DNA from: the human T2T-CHM13v2.0 reference genome, Homo sapiens
Direction: 5' to 3' (one strand)
Length of the DNA: 64,000 bases
NCBI RefSeq assembly: GCF_009914755.1
Contig: NC_060933.1
Under the pieces are notes generated by a model that made no database searches, was not told the DNA's origin, and worked only from the letters and a program-made list of their open reading frames with translations. This document shows, piece after piece, positions 12,828 through 27,800 of this stretch (its first letter is position 1; each line of letters opens with the position of its first letter). The translations under genes were made by a program, and so were the position numbers.

Positions 12828-15800
12828 GGAATGGAATGGAATGGAATGCCTTCAAACCGAATGGAATGGAAAGGAATGGAATCAACACGAGTGGAATGGA
12901 ACGGAAGGGAATGGAATGGAATGGAATGGAATGATACGGAATAGAATGGAATTGAACGAAACGGAATGGAATGGAATGGAATGGAATGGAATGGAATGGA
13001 ATGGAATCGTTCCGAGTGGAATAGGAGGGAATGTATTCGAGTGGAATGGAAAGGAATGGAATCAACCAGAGTGGAATGGAAGGGAATGGAATGGAATGGA
13101 AACTAATAGAATGGAATCAACCCGAGTGGAATGGAATGGAAAGGACTGGAAAGGAATGGAATGGAATGGAATGGAATGGAATTGAATTAACCCGAATACA
13201 ATGGAATGGAATGGAATGGAACGGAATGGAGTGGAATGGAATGGAATCAACCCAAGTGCAGGGGAATGGAATGGAATGGAATGCAATGGAATGGAATCAT
13301 CCGGAATGGAATGGAATGGAATGGAATGCAAAGCAATGGAATCAACTCGATTGCAATGGAATGGAATAGAATGGAATGGAATGGAATGGAATGGAATTAA
13401 TCCGAATAGAATGGAATGGAATGGAATGGAACGGAATTTAACGGAATGGAATGGAATGGAATGGAATGGAATGGAATGGAATGGAATGGTATGGAATGGA
13501 ATGGAATGGAATGGAATGGAATCAACGCGAGTGCAGGGGAATGGAATGGAATGGAATGCAATGGAATGGAATCATCCGGAATGGAATGGAATGGAATGGA
13601 ATGGAAAGCAATGGAATCAACTCGATTGCAATGGAAAGGAATGGAATGGAAAGGAATACATTGGAATCAACCCGAGTGGAATGGAATGGAAAGGACTGGA
13701 ATGGAGTGGAATGGAATGGAATGGAATTGAATGGAAAGGAATGGAATGGAATCAACTTGATTGGAATGGAATGAAATGGAATGGAATGGAATGGAATGGA
13801 ATTAACCCGAATAGAAAGGAATGGAATGGAATGGAACGGAACGGAATGGAATGGAATGGAATGGAATGGAATGGAATGGAATTGAATGGAATCAACCCGA
13901 CTGCAGGGGAATGGAATGGAATGGAATGCAATGGAATGGATTCAACTTGAATGGAATGGAAAGAATGGAATCAACACGAGTGGAATGGCATGGATTGGAA
14001 TGGAATGGAATGGAATCAACCCGAGTAAAGGGGAATGGAATGGAATGGAATGCAATGGAATGGAATCATCCGTAATGGAATGGAAAGGAATGGAATTTAA
14101 TGGAATGGAATGGAATGCAATGGAATGGAATGGAATCAACTCGATTGCAATCGAATGGAATGGAATGGAATTAACCCGAATAGAATGGAATAGAATGGAA
14201 TGGAACGGAACGGAATGGAATGGACTGGAATGAAAAGGAATGGAAGGGAACGGAATGGAATGGAATGGAATGGAATGGAATCAACGCGAGTGCAGGGGAC
14301 TGGAATGGAATGGAATGCAATGGAATGGAATCAACCCGAGTGCAATCGAATGGAATCGAATGAAATGGAATGCAATGGATTCAACTCGATTGCAATGGAA
14401 TGGAATAGAATGGAATGGAATGGAATGGAATGGAATTAATCTGAATAGAGTGGAATGGAATGGATTGGAACGGAATGGAACGGAATGGAATGGAATGGAA
14501 TGGAATGGTATGGAATGGAATGGAATGGTATGGAATAGAATGGAATGGAACGAATTGTAATGGAATGGAATTGAATGGAATAGAATGGAATCAACGCGAG
14601 TGCAGGGGAATGTAATGGAAAGGAATGCAATGGAATGGAATCATCCGGAATGGAATGGAATGGAATGGAATGGAATGGAATGGAATCAACCCGAGTGCAA
14701 TGGAATGGAGTGGAATGGAATTGAATGGAATGGAACAACCCGAATGGAATGGAATGTAATGGAGAGTAAGGGAGTTGAATAGAATCAATCCGAATGGAAA
14801 GGAATGGAATGGAATGGAATGCAATGGAATGGAATCAACCCGAGTACAATGGAATGGAATGGAATGGAATGGAATGCAATGGAATGGAATGGAATGGAAT
14901 GATACGGAATAGAATGGAATGGAACGAAATGGAATGGAATGGAATGGAATGGAATGGAATGGAATCAACTCGATTGTAATGGAATGGAATGGAATGGAAT
15001 GGAATGGAATGGAGTGGAATGGAATGGAATCAACCCGAGTGCAGGGGAATGGAATGGAATGGAATGGAATGGAATGGAATGGAATGGAATCAACGCGAGT
15101 GCAGGGGAATGGAATGGAATGGAATGCAATGGAATGGAATCTTCCGGATGAAATGGAATAGAATGGAATGGAATGGAATGGAATGGAATGGAATCAACTC
15201 GATTGCAATCGAATGGAATGGAATGGAATTAACTCGAATAGAATGGAATGGAATGGAATGGAACGGAACGGAACGTAATGGAATGGAATGGAATGGAATG
15301 GAACGGAATGGAATGGAATGGAATGGAATGGAATGGAATGGAATGGAATGGAATCAACGCGAGTGCAGTAGAATGGAATGGAATGGAATGAAATGGAATG
15401 GAATCTTCCAGAATGGAATGGAATGGAATGAAATGCAATGGGTTCAACTCGATTGCAATGGAATGGAATAGAATGGAATGGAATGGAATGGAATGGAATT
15501 AATTCGAATAGAATGGAATGGAATGGAATGGAACGGAATGGAACGGAATGGAATGGAATGGAATGGTATGGAATGGAATGGAATGGTACGGAATAGAATG
15601 GAATGGAACGAATTGTAATGCAATGGAATTGAATGGAATGGAATGGAATGGAATGGAATCAACGCGAGTGCAGGGGTATGTAATGGAACGGAATGCAATG
15701 GAATGGAATCATCCGCAATGGAATGGAATGGAATGGAATGGAATGGAATGGAATCAACCCGAGTGCAATGGAATGGAGTGGAATGGAATGGAATGGAATG

Positions 15801-18800
15801 GAATCAACCCGAGCGCAATGGAATGGAGTTGAATGGAATGGAATGGAATGGAACAACCCGAATGGAATGGAATGTAATGGAGAGTAAGGGAGTTGAATAG
15901 AATCAATCCGAATGTAATGGAATGGAACGGAATGGAATGGAATGGAATGGAATGGAATGGAATGCAATGGAATGGAATCAACCTTAGTACAATGGAACGG
16001 AATGTAATGTAATGTAATGTAATGTAACGGAATGGAATGGAATGGAATGCAATCAACCCGAGTGCAATGGAATGCAGAGGAATGGAATGGAATGGAATGC
16101 AATGGAATGGAATCATCCGGAATGAAATGGAATGGAATGGAATGCAAAGCAAAGGAATCAACTCGATTGCAATGGAATGGAATGGAATGGAAAGGAATAC
16201 ATTGGAATCAACCCGAATGGATTGGAATGGAAAGGACTGGAATGGAGTGGAATGGAATGGAATGGAATGGAATCAACTCGACTGGAATGGAATGGAATGG
16301 AATGGAATGGAATGGAATGGAATTAACCCGAATAGAATGGAATGGAATGGAATGGAACGGAACGGAATGGAATGGAATGGAATGGAATGGAATGGAATGG
16401 AATGGAATGGAATGGAACAACCCGAATGGAATGGAATGTAATGGAGAGTAAGGGAGTTGAATAGAATCAATCCGAATGTAATGGAATGGAATGCAACGGA
16501 ATGGAATGGAATGGAATGGAATGGAATACAATGGAATTGAATCAACCCGAGTACAATGGAATGGAATGGAATGGAATGGAATGGAATGGAATGGAATGGA
16601 ATGGAATGATACGGAATAGAATGGAATGGAACGAAATGGAATGGAATGGAATGGAATGGAATGGAATCGTTCCGAGTGGAATAGCAGGGAATGTATTCGA
16701 GTGGAATGGAAAGGAATGGAATCAACCAGAGTGGAATGGAAGGGAATGGAATGGAATGGAAAATAATAGAATGGAATCAACCCGAGTGGAATGGAATGGA
16801 AAGGACTGGAATGGAATGGAATGGAATGGAATCAACTCGATTGTAATGGAATGGTGTGGAATGGAATGGAATGGAATGGAATGGAATGGAATGGAATTAA
16901 CCCGAATACACTGGAATGGAATGGAATGGAACGGAATGGAGTGGAATGGAATGGAATCAACCCGAGTGCAGGGGAATGGAATGGAATGGAATGCAATGGA
17001 ATGGAATCATCCGGAATGGAATGGAATGGAATGGAATGCAAAGCAATGGAATCAACTCGATTGCAATGGAATGGAATGGAATGGAAAGGAATACATTGGA
17101 ATCAACCCGAGTGGAATGGAATGGAAAGGACTGGAATGGAGTGGAATGGAATGGAATGGAATGGAATGGAATCAACTCGATTGGAATGGAATGGAATGGA
17201 ATGGAATGGAATTAACCCGAATAGAATGGAATGGAATGGAATGGAACGGAACTGAATGGAATGGAATGGAATGGAATGGAATGGAATGGAATGGAATGGA
17301 ATCAACCCGACTGCAGGGGAATGGAATGGAATGGAAGGCAATGGAATGGATTCAACTTGAATGGAATGGAAAGAATGGAATCAACACGAGTGGAATGGCA
17401 TGGATTGGAATGGAATGGAATGGAATCAACCCGAGTACAGGGGAATGGAATGGAATGGAATGCAATGGAATGGAATCATCCGTAATGGAATGGAAAGGAA
17501 TGGAATGGAATGGAATGGAATGGAATGGAATGGAATGGAATCAACTCGATTGCAATCGAATGCAATGGAATGGAATTAACCCGAATAGAATGGAATGGAA
17601 TGGAATGGAACAGAACGGAACGGAACGGAACGGAACAGAGTGGAATGGAATGGAATGGAATTGTATGGAATGGAATGGCATGGTACGGAATAGAATGGAA
17701 TGGAAAGAATTGGAATGGAATGGAATCGAATGGAATGGAATGGAATGGAATGGAATCAACCCGAGTGCAGGGGAATGTAATGGAACGGAATGCAATGGAA
17801 TGGAATCATCCGGAATGGAATGGAATGGAATGGAACGGAGTGGAATGGAATGGAATGCAATCAACCCGAATGCAATGGAATGGAGTGGAATGGAATGGAA
17901 TCGAATGGAACAACCCGAATGGAATGGAATGTAATGGCGAGTAAGGGAGTTGAATAGAATCAATACGAATGGAATGGAATGGAATGGAATGGAATGGAAT
18001 GCAATGGAATGGAATGCAATGGAATGGAATCAACCCGAGTACAATGGAACGGAATGGAATGGAATGTAATGTAATGGAATGGAATGGAATGGAATGGAAT
18101 GGAATGGAATCAACCCGAGTGCATTGGAATGGAGAGGAATGGAATGGAATGGAATGGAAACTACCCGAATGGAATGGAATGTAATGGAGTGTAAGGGAAT
18201 TTAATAGAATCAATCCGAATGTAATGGAATGGAATGGAACGGAATGGAATGGAATGGAATGGAATGGAATGGAATGGAATGAAATGGAATCAACCCGAGT
18301 GCAATCGAATGGAATCGAATGGAATGGAATGCAATGGAATGGATTCAACTTGAATGGAATGGAAAGAATGGAATCAACACGAGTGGAATGGCATGGATTG
18401 GAATGGAATGGAATGGAATCAACCCGAGTACAGGGGAATGGAATGGAATGGAATGCAATGGAATGGAATCATCCGTAATGGAATGGAAAGGAATGGAATG
18501 GAATGGAATGGAATGGAATGGAATGGAATGGAATCTACTCCATTGCAATCGAATGGAATGGAATGGAATTAACCCGAATAGAATGGAATGGAATGGAATG
18601 GAACGGAACGGAATGGAGTGGAATGGAATGGAATGGAATGGAATGGAACGGAAAGGAAGGGAATGGAATGGAATAGAATGGAATTGAATGGAATCAACGC
18701 GAGTGCAGGGGAATGGAATGGAATGGAATGCAATGGAATGGAATCTTCCGGAGTGGAATGGAATGGAATGGAATGGAATGGAATGGAATCAACCCGAGTG

Positions 18801-21800
18801 CAATGGAATGGAGTGGAATGGAATGGAATGGAATGGAACAACCCGAATGGAATGGAATGTAATGGAGAGTAAGGGAGTTGATTAGAATCAATCCGAATGT
18901 AATGGAATGGAATGGAACGGAATGGAATTGAATGGAATGGAATGGAATGGAATGGAATTGAATCAACCCGAGTACAATGGAATAGAATGGAATGGAATGG
19001 AATGCAATGGAATGGAATAGAATGATACGGAATAAAATGGAATGGAACGAAATGGAATGGAATGGAATGGAATGGAATGGAATGGAATGGAATGGAATGG
19101 AATCAACCCGAGTGCAGGGGAATGGAATTGAATGGAATGCAATGGAATGGAATCATCCGGAATGGAATGGAATGGAATGGAATGCAAAGCAATGGAATCA
19201 ACTCGATTGCAATGGAATGGAATGGAATGGAAAGGAATACATTGGAATCAACCCGAGTGGAATGGAATGGAAAGGACTGGAATGGAGTGGAATGGAATGG
19301 AATGGAATGGAATGGAATCAACTCGATTGGAATGTAATGGAATGGAATGGAATGGAATTAACCCGAATAGAATGGAATGGAATGGAATGCAACGGAACGG
19401 AATGGAATGGAATGGAATGGAATGGAATGGAATGGAATGGAATGGAATCAACCCGACTGCAGGGGAATGGAATGGAATGGAAGGCAATGGAATGGATTCA
19501 ACTTGAATGGAATGGAAAGAATGGAATCAACACGAGTGGAATGGCATGGATTGGAATGGAATGGAATGGAATCAACCCGAGTACAGGGGAATGGAATGGA
19601 ATGGAATGCAATGGAATGGAATCATCCGTAATGGAATGGAAAGGAATGGAATGGAATGGAATGGAATGGAATGGAATCAACTCGATTGCAATCGAATGGA
19701 ATGGAATGGAATTAACCCGAATAGAATGGAATGGAATGGAATGGAATGGAACGGAACGGAACGGAACGGAGTGGAATGGAATGGAATGGAATTGTATGGA
19801 ATGGAATGGCATGGTACGGAATAGAATGGAATGGAAAGAATTGGAATGGAATGGAATCGAATGGAATGGAATGGAATCAACCCGAGTGCAGGGGAATGTA
19901 ATGGAACGGAATGCAATGGAATGGAATCATCCGGAATGGAATGGATTAGAATGGAATGGAATGGAATGGAATAGAATGGAATCAACCCGAGTGCAATGGA
20001 ATGGAGTGGAATGGAATGGAACAACCAGAATGGAATGGAATGTAATGGAGAGTAAGGGAGTTGAATAGAATCAATCCGAATGTAATGAAATGGAACGGAA
20101 TGGAATGGAATGGAATGGAATGGAATGGAATGGAATGGAATGCAATGGAATGGAATCAACCCGAGTACAATGGAACGGAATGGAATGGAATGGAATGTAA
20201 TGGAATGGAATGGAATGGAATGGAATGGAATGGAATGGAATCAACCCGAGTGCAATGGAATGGAGAGGAATGGAATGGAATGGAATGGAAACTACCCGAA
20301 TGGAATGGAATGTAATGGAGTGTAAGGGAATTGAATAGAATCAATCCGAATGTAATGGAATGGAATGGAACGGAATGGAATGGAATGGAATGGAATGGAA
20401 TGGAATGGAATGGAATGGAATGCAATGGAATGGAATCAACCCGAGCGCAATCGAATGGAATCGAATGGAATGGAATGCAATGGAATGGATTCAACTTGAA
20501 TGGAATGGAAAGAATGGAATCAACACGAGTGGAATGGCATGGATTGGAATGGAATGGAATGGAATCAACCCGAGTACAGGGGAATGGAATGGATTGCAAT
20601 GCAATGGAATGGAATCATCCGTAATGGAATGGAAAGGAATGGAATGGAATGGAATGGAATGGAATGGAATGGAATCAACTCGATTGCAATCGAATGGAAT
20701 GGGATGGAATTAACCCGAATAGAATGGAATGGAATGGAACGGAACGGAACGGAACGGAATGGAATGGAATGGAATGGAATGGAATGGAACGGAACGGAAT
20801 GGAATGGAATGGAATGGAATGGAATCAACGCGAGTGCAGGGGAATGGAATGGAATGGAATGCAATGGAATGGAATCTTCCGGAATGGAATGGAATGGAAT
20901 GGAATGGAATGAAATGCAATGGATTCAACTCGATTGCAATGGAATGGAATAGAATGGAATGGAATGGAATGGAATGGAATTAATTCGAATAGAATGGAAT
21001 GGAATGGAATGGAACGGAATGGAACTGAATGGAATGGAATGCAATGGAATGGAATGGAATGGTACGGAATAGAATGGAATGGAACGAATTGTAATGGAAT
21101 GGAATGGAATGGAATGGAATGGAATGGAATGGAAAGGAATCAACGCGAGTGCAGGGGAATGTAATAGAACGGAATGCAATGGAATGGAATCATCCGGAAT
21201 GGAATGGAATGGAATGGAATGGAATGGAATGGAATGGAATGGAATCAACCCGAGTGCAATGGAATGGAGTGGAATGGAATGGAATGGAATGGAACAACCC
21301 GAATGGAATGGAATGTAATGGAGAGTAAGGGAGTTGAATAGAATCAATCCGAATGTAATGGAATGGAATGCAACGGAATGGAATGGAATGGAATGGAATG
21401 GAATGGAATGCAATGGAATTGAAACAACTCGAGTACAATGGAATGGAATGGAATGGAATGGAATGGAATGGAATGGAATGGAATGGAATGGAATGATACG
21501 GAATAGAATGGAATGGAACGAAATGGAATGGAATGGAATGGAATGGAATGGAATGGAATCGTTCCGAGTTGAATAGGAGGGAATGTATTCGAGTGGAATG
21601 GAAAGGAATGGAATCAACCAGAGTGGAATGGAAGGGAATGGAATGGAATGGAAACTAATAGAATGGAATCAACCCGAGAGGAATGGAATGGAAAGGACTG
21701 GAATGGAATGGAATGGAATGGAATCAACTCGATTGTAATGGAATGGAATGGAATGGAATGGAATGGAATTAACCCGAATACAATGCAATGGAATGGAATG

Positions 21801-24800
21801 GAACGGAATGGAGTGGAGTGGAATGGAATCAACCCGAGTGCAGGGGAATGGAATGGAATGGAATGCAATGGAATGGAATCATCCGGAATGGAATGGAATT
21901 GAATGGAATGCAAAGCAATGGAATCAACTCGATTGCAATGGAATGGAATGGAATGGAAAGGAATACATTGGAATCAAACCGAGTGGAATGGAATGGAAAG
22001 GACTGGAATGGAGTGGAATGGAATGGAATGGAATGGAATGGAATCAACTCGATTGGAATGGAATGGAATGGAATGGAATGGAATTAACCCGAATAGAATG
22101 GAATGGAATGGAATGGAACGGAACGGAATGAAATGGAATCGAATGGAATGGAATGGAATGGAATGGAAACAACCCGACTGCAGGGGAATGGAATGGAATG
22201 GAATGCAATGGAATGGATTCAACTTGAATGGAATGGAAAGAATGGAATCAACACGGGTGCAATGGCATGGATTGGAATGGAATGGAATGGAATCAACCCG
22301 AGTACAGGGGAATGGAATGGAATGGAATGCAATGGAATGGAATCATCCGTAATGGAATGGAAAGGAATGGAATGGAATGGAATGGAATGGAATGGAATCA
22401 ACTCGATTGCAATCGAATGGAATGGAATGGAATTAACCCGAATAGAATGGAATGGAATGGAATGGAACGGAACGGAACGGAATGGAATGGATTGGAATGG
22501 AATGGAATGGAATGGAATGGAATGGAATGGAATGGAACGGAAAGGAATGGAATGGAATGGAATGGAATGGAATGGAATGGAATGGAATCAACGCGAGTGC
22601 AGGGGAATCGAATGGAATGGAATGCAATGGAATGGAATCTTCCGGAATGGAATGGAATGGAATGGAATGGAATGGAATCAACCCGAGTGCAATGGAATGG
22701 AGTGGAATGGAATGGAATGGAATGGAACAACCCGAATGGAATGGAATGTAATGGAGAGTAAGGGAGTTGAATAGAATCAATCCGAATGTAATGGAATGGA
22801 ATGGAACGGAATGGAATTGAATGGAATGGAATGGAATGCAATGGAATGGAATCAACCCGAGTGCAATGGAATAGAGAGGAATGGAATGGAATGGAATGGA
22901 AACTACCCGAATGGAATGGAATGTAATGGAGTGTAAGGGAAATGAATAGAAACAATCCGAATGTAATGGAATGGAATGGAACGGAATGGAATGGAATGGA
23001 ATGGAATGGAATGCAATGGAATGCAATGGAATGGAATCAACCCGAGTGCAATCGAATGGAATCGAATGGAATGGAATGCAATGGAATGGATTCAACTTGA
23101 ATGGAATGGAAAGAATGGAATCAACACGAGTGGAATGGCATGGATTGGAATGGAATGGAATGGAATCAACCCGAGTACAGGGGAATGGAATGGAATGGAA
23201 TGCAATGGAATGGAATCATCCGTAAAGGAATGGAAAGGAATGGAATGGAATGCAATGGAATGGAATGCAATGGAATGGAATGGAAACAACTCGATTGCAA
23301 TCGAATGGAATGGAATGGAATTAACCCGAATAGAATGGAATGGAATGGAATGGAACGGAACGGAATGGAATGGAATGGAATGGAATGGAATGGAACGGAA
23401 CGGAATGGAATGGAATGGAATGGAATGGAATGGAAAGGAAAGGAAGAGAATGGAATGGAATAGAATGGAATGGAATGGAATCAACGCGAGTGCAGGGGAA
23501 TGGAATGGAATGGAATGCAATGGAATGGAATCTTCCGGAATGGAATGGAATGGAATGGAATGGAATGGAATGGAATCAACCCGAGTGCAATGGAATGTAG
23601 TGGAATGGAATGGAATGGAATGGAACAACCCGAATGGATTGGAATGTAATGGATAGTAAGGGAGTTGAAAAGAATCAATCCGAATGTAATGGAATGGAAA
23701 GGAACGGAATGGAATGGAATGGAATGGTATGGAATGCAATGGAATGGAATCAACCCGAGTACAATGGAATGGAATGGAATGGAATGGAATGGAATGGAAT
23801 GGAATGGAATGCAATGGAATGCAATGGAATGGAATCTTCCGGAATGGAATGGAATGGAATGCAATGGAATGGAATGGAATGGAATGCAATGGATTCAACT
23901 CGATTGCAATGGAATGGAATAGAATGGAACGGAATGGAATGGAATTGAATGGAATTAAACCGAATAGACTGGAACGGAATGGAGTGGAACGGAACAGAAC
24001 GGAACGGAACGGAACGGAGTGGAATGGAATGGAATGGAATTGTATGGAATGGAATGGAATGGTACGGAATAGAATGGAATGGAAAGAATTGGAATGGAAT
24101 GGAATCGTATGGAATGGAATGGAATGGAATGGAATCAACCCGAGTGCAGGGGAATGTAATGGAACGGAATGCAATGGAATGGAATCATCCGGAATGGAAT
24201 GGAATGGAATGGAATGGAATGGAATGGAATGGAATGGAATCAACCCGAGCGCAATGGAATGGAGTGGAATGGAATGGAATGGAGTGGAACAACCCGAATG
24301 GAATGGAATGTAATGGAGAGTAAGGGAGTGGAATAGAAACAATCCGAATGTAATGGAATGGAACGGAATGGAATGGAATGGAATGGAATGGAATGGAAGG
24401 GAATGCAATGGAATGGAATCAACCCGAGTACAATGGAACGGAATGGAATAGAATGGAATGGAATGGAATGGAATGGAATGGAATGGAATGGAATCAACCC
24501 GAGTGCAATGGAATGGAGAGGAATGGAATGGAATGGAATGGAAACTACCCGAATGGAATGGAATGGAATGGAATGTAAGGGAATTGAATAGAATCAATCC
24601 GAATGGAATGGAATGGAATGGAACGGAATGTAATGGAATGGAATGGAATGGAATCAACCCGAGTGCAGGGGAATGGAATGGAATGGAATGCAATGGAATG
24701 GAATCATCCGGAATGGAATGGAATGGAATGCTATGGAATGGAATGGAATGGAATCAACCCGAGTGCGAATGAATGGAGTGAAATGGAATGGAATGGAATG

Positions 24801-27800
24801 GAGACAACCAGAATGGATTGGAATATAATGGAGTGTAAGGGAAATGAATAGAATCAATCTGAATGTAATGAAATGGAATGGAACGGAATGGAATGGAATG
24901 AAATGGAATGGAATGGAATGCAATGGAATGGAATCAACCCGAGTGCAATCGAATGGAATCGAATGGAATGGAATGCAATGGAATGGATTCAACTTGAATG
25001 GAATGGAAAGAATGGAATCAACACGAGTGGAATGGCATGGATTCGAATGGAATGGAATGGAATCAACCCGAGTATAGGGGAATGGAATGGTATGGAATGC
25101 AATGGAATGGAATCATCCGTAATGGAATGGAAAGGAATGGAAAGGAATGGAATGGAATGTAATGGAATGGAATGGAATCAACTCGATTGCAATCGAATGG
25201 AATGGAATGGAATTAACCCGAATAGAATGGAATGGAATGGAATGGAATGGAACGCAACGGAATGGAATGGAATGGAATGGAATGGAATGGAATGGAATGG
25301 AACGGAACGGAATGGAATGGAATGGAATGGAATGGAATGGAATGGAATCAACGCGAGTGCAGGGGAATGGAATGGAATGGAATGGAATGCAATGGAATGG
25401 AATCTTCCGGAATGGAATGGAATGGAATGGAATGGAATGGAATGGAATGAAATGCAATGGATTCAACTCGATTGCAATGGAATGGAATAGAATGGAATGG
25501 AATGGAATGGAATGGAATTAATTCGAATAGAATGTAATGGAATGGAATGGAACGGAATGGAACCGAATGGAATGGAATGGAATGGAATGGAATGGTATGG
25601 AATGGAATGGAATGGTACGGAATAGAATGGAATGGAACGAATTGTAATGGTATGGAATTGAATGGAATGGAATGGAATGGAATGGAATCAACGCGAGTGC
25701 AGGGGAATGTAATGGAACGGAATGCAATGGAATGGAATCATCCGGAATGGAATGGAATGGAATGGAATGGAATGGAATCAACCCGAGTGCAATGGAATGG
25801 AGTGGAATGGAATGGAATGGAATGGAAAAACCCGAATGGAATGGAATGTAATGGAGAGTAAGGGAGTTGAATAGAATCAATCAGAATGTAATGGAATGGA
25901 ATGCAACGGAATGGAATGGAATGGAATGGAATGGAATGGAATGGAATGGAATGGAATGCAATGGAATGGAATCAACCCGAGTACAATGGAATGGATTGGA
26001 ATGGAATGGAATGGAATGGAATGGAATGGAATGATACGGAATAGAATGGAATGGAAAGAAATGGAATGGAATGGAATGGAATGGAATGGAATGGAATGGA
26101 ATGGAATGGAATGGAATCGTTCTGAGTGGAATAGGAGGGAATGTATTCGAGTGGAATGGAAAGGAATGGAAAAAACCTGAGTGGAATGGAAGGGAATGGA
26201 ATGGAATGGAAACTAATAGAATGGAATCAACCCGAGAGGAATGGAATGGAAAGGAGTGGAATGGAATGGAATGGAATGGAATCAACTCGATTGTAATGGA
26301 ATGGAATGGAATGCAATGGAATTAACCCGAATACAATGTAATGGAATGGAATGGAACGGAATGGAGTGGAATCGAATGGAATCAACCCGAGTGCAGGGGA
26401 ATGGAATGGAATGGAATGCAATGGAATGGAATCATCCGGAATGGAATGGAATGGAATGGAATGCAAAGCAATGGAATCAACTCGATTGCAATGGAATGGA
26501 ATGGAATGGAAAGGAATACATTGGAATCAACACGAGTGGAATGGAATGGAAAGGACTGGAATGGAGTGGAATGGAATGGAATGGAATGGAATGGAATGGA
26601 AACAACTCGATTGGAATGGAATGGAATGGAATGGAATGGAATGGAATTAATCCGAATAGAATGGAATGGAATGGAATGGAACGGAATGGAATGGAATGGA
26701 ATGGAATGGAATGGAATGGAATGGAAACAACCCGACTGCAGGGGAATGGAATGGAATGGAATGCAATGGAATGGATTCAACTTGAATGGAATGGAAAGAA
26801 TGGAATCAACACGAATGGAATGGCATGGATTGGAATGGAATGGAATGGAATAAACACGAGTACAGGGGAATGGAATGGAATGGAATGCAATGGAATGGAA
26901 TCATCCGTAATGGAATGGAAAGCAATGGAATGGAATGGAATGGAATGGAATGGAATGGAACTCAACTCGATTGCAATCGAATGGAACGGAATGGAATTAA
27001 CCAGAATAGAATGGAGTGGAATGGAATGGAATGGAACGGAACGGCATGGAATGGAATGGAAGGGAATGGAATGGAATGGAACGGAACAGAACGGAATGGA
27101 TGGAATGGAATGGAATGGAATGGAATGGAATGGAATCAACGCGAGTGCAGGGGAATGGAATGGAGTGGAATGCAATGGAATGGAATCTTCCGGAATGGAA
27201 TGGAATGGAATGGAATGGAATGAACTGCAATGGATTCAACTCGATTGCAATGGAATGGAATAGAATGGAATGGAATGGAATGGAATGGAATTAACCCGAA
27301 TAGAATGGAATGGAATGGAATGGAACGGAATGGAACGGAATGGAATGGAATGGAATGGAATGGAATGGTATGGAATGGAATGGAATGGTACTGAATAGAA
27401 TGGAATGGAACGAATTGTAATGGAATGGAACTGAATGGAATGGAATGGAATGGAATGGAATCAACGCGAGTGCAGGGGAATGTAATGGAACGGAATGCAA
27501 TGGAATGGAATCATCCGGAATGGAATGGAATGGAATGGAATGGAATGGAATGAAATCAACCCGAGTGCAATGGAATGGAGTGGAATGGAATGGAATGGAA
27601 TGGAACAACCCGAATGGAATGGAATGTAATGGAGAGTAAGGGAGTTGAATAGAATCAATCCGAATGTAATGGAATGGAATGCAACGGAATGGAATGGAAT
27701 GGAATGGAATGGAATGGAATGGAATGGAATGGAATGCAAAGGAATGGAATCAACCCGAGTGGAATGGCATGGAATGGAATGCAATGGAATGGAATGGAAT

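Noticed and set aside
18202-18212. DUX4-like site TAATAGAATCA (also ~35198)
   Set aside because: It mismatches the TAAYBBAATCA consensus and occurs only as one private variant duplicated once.
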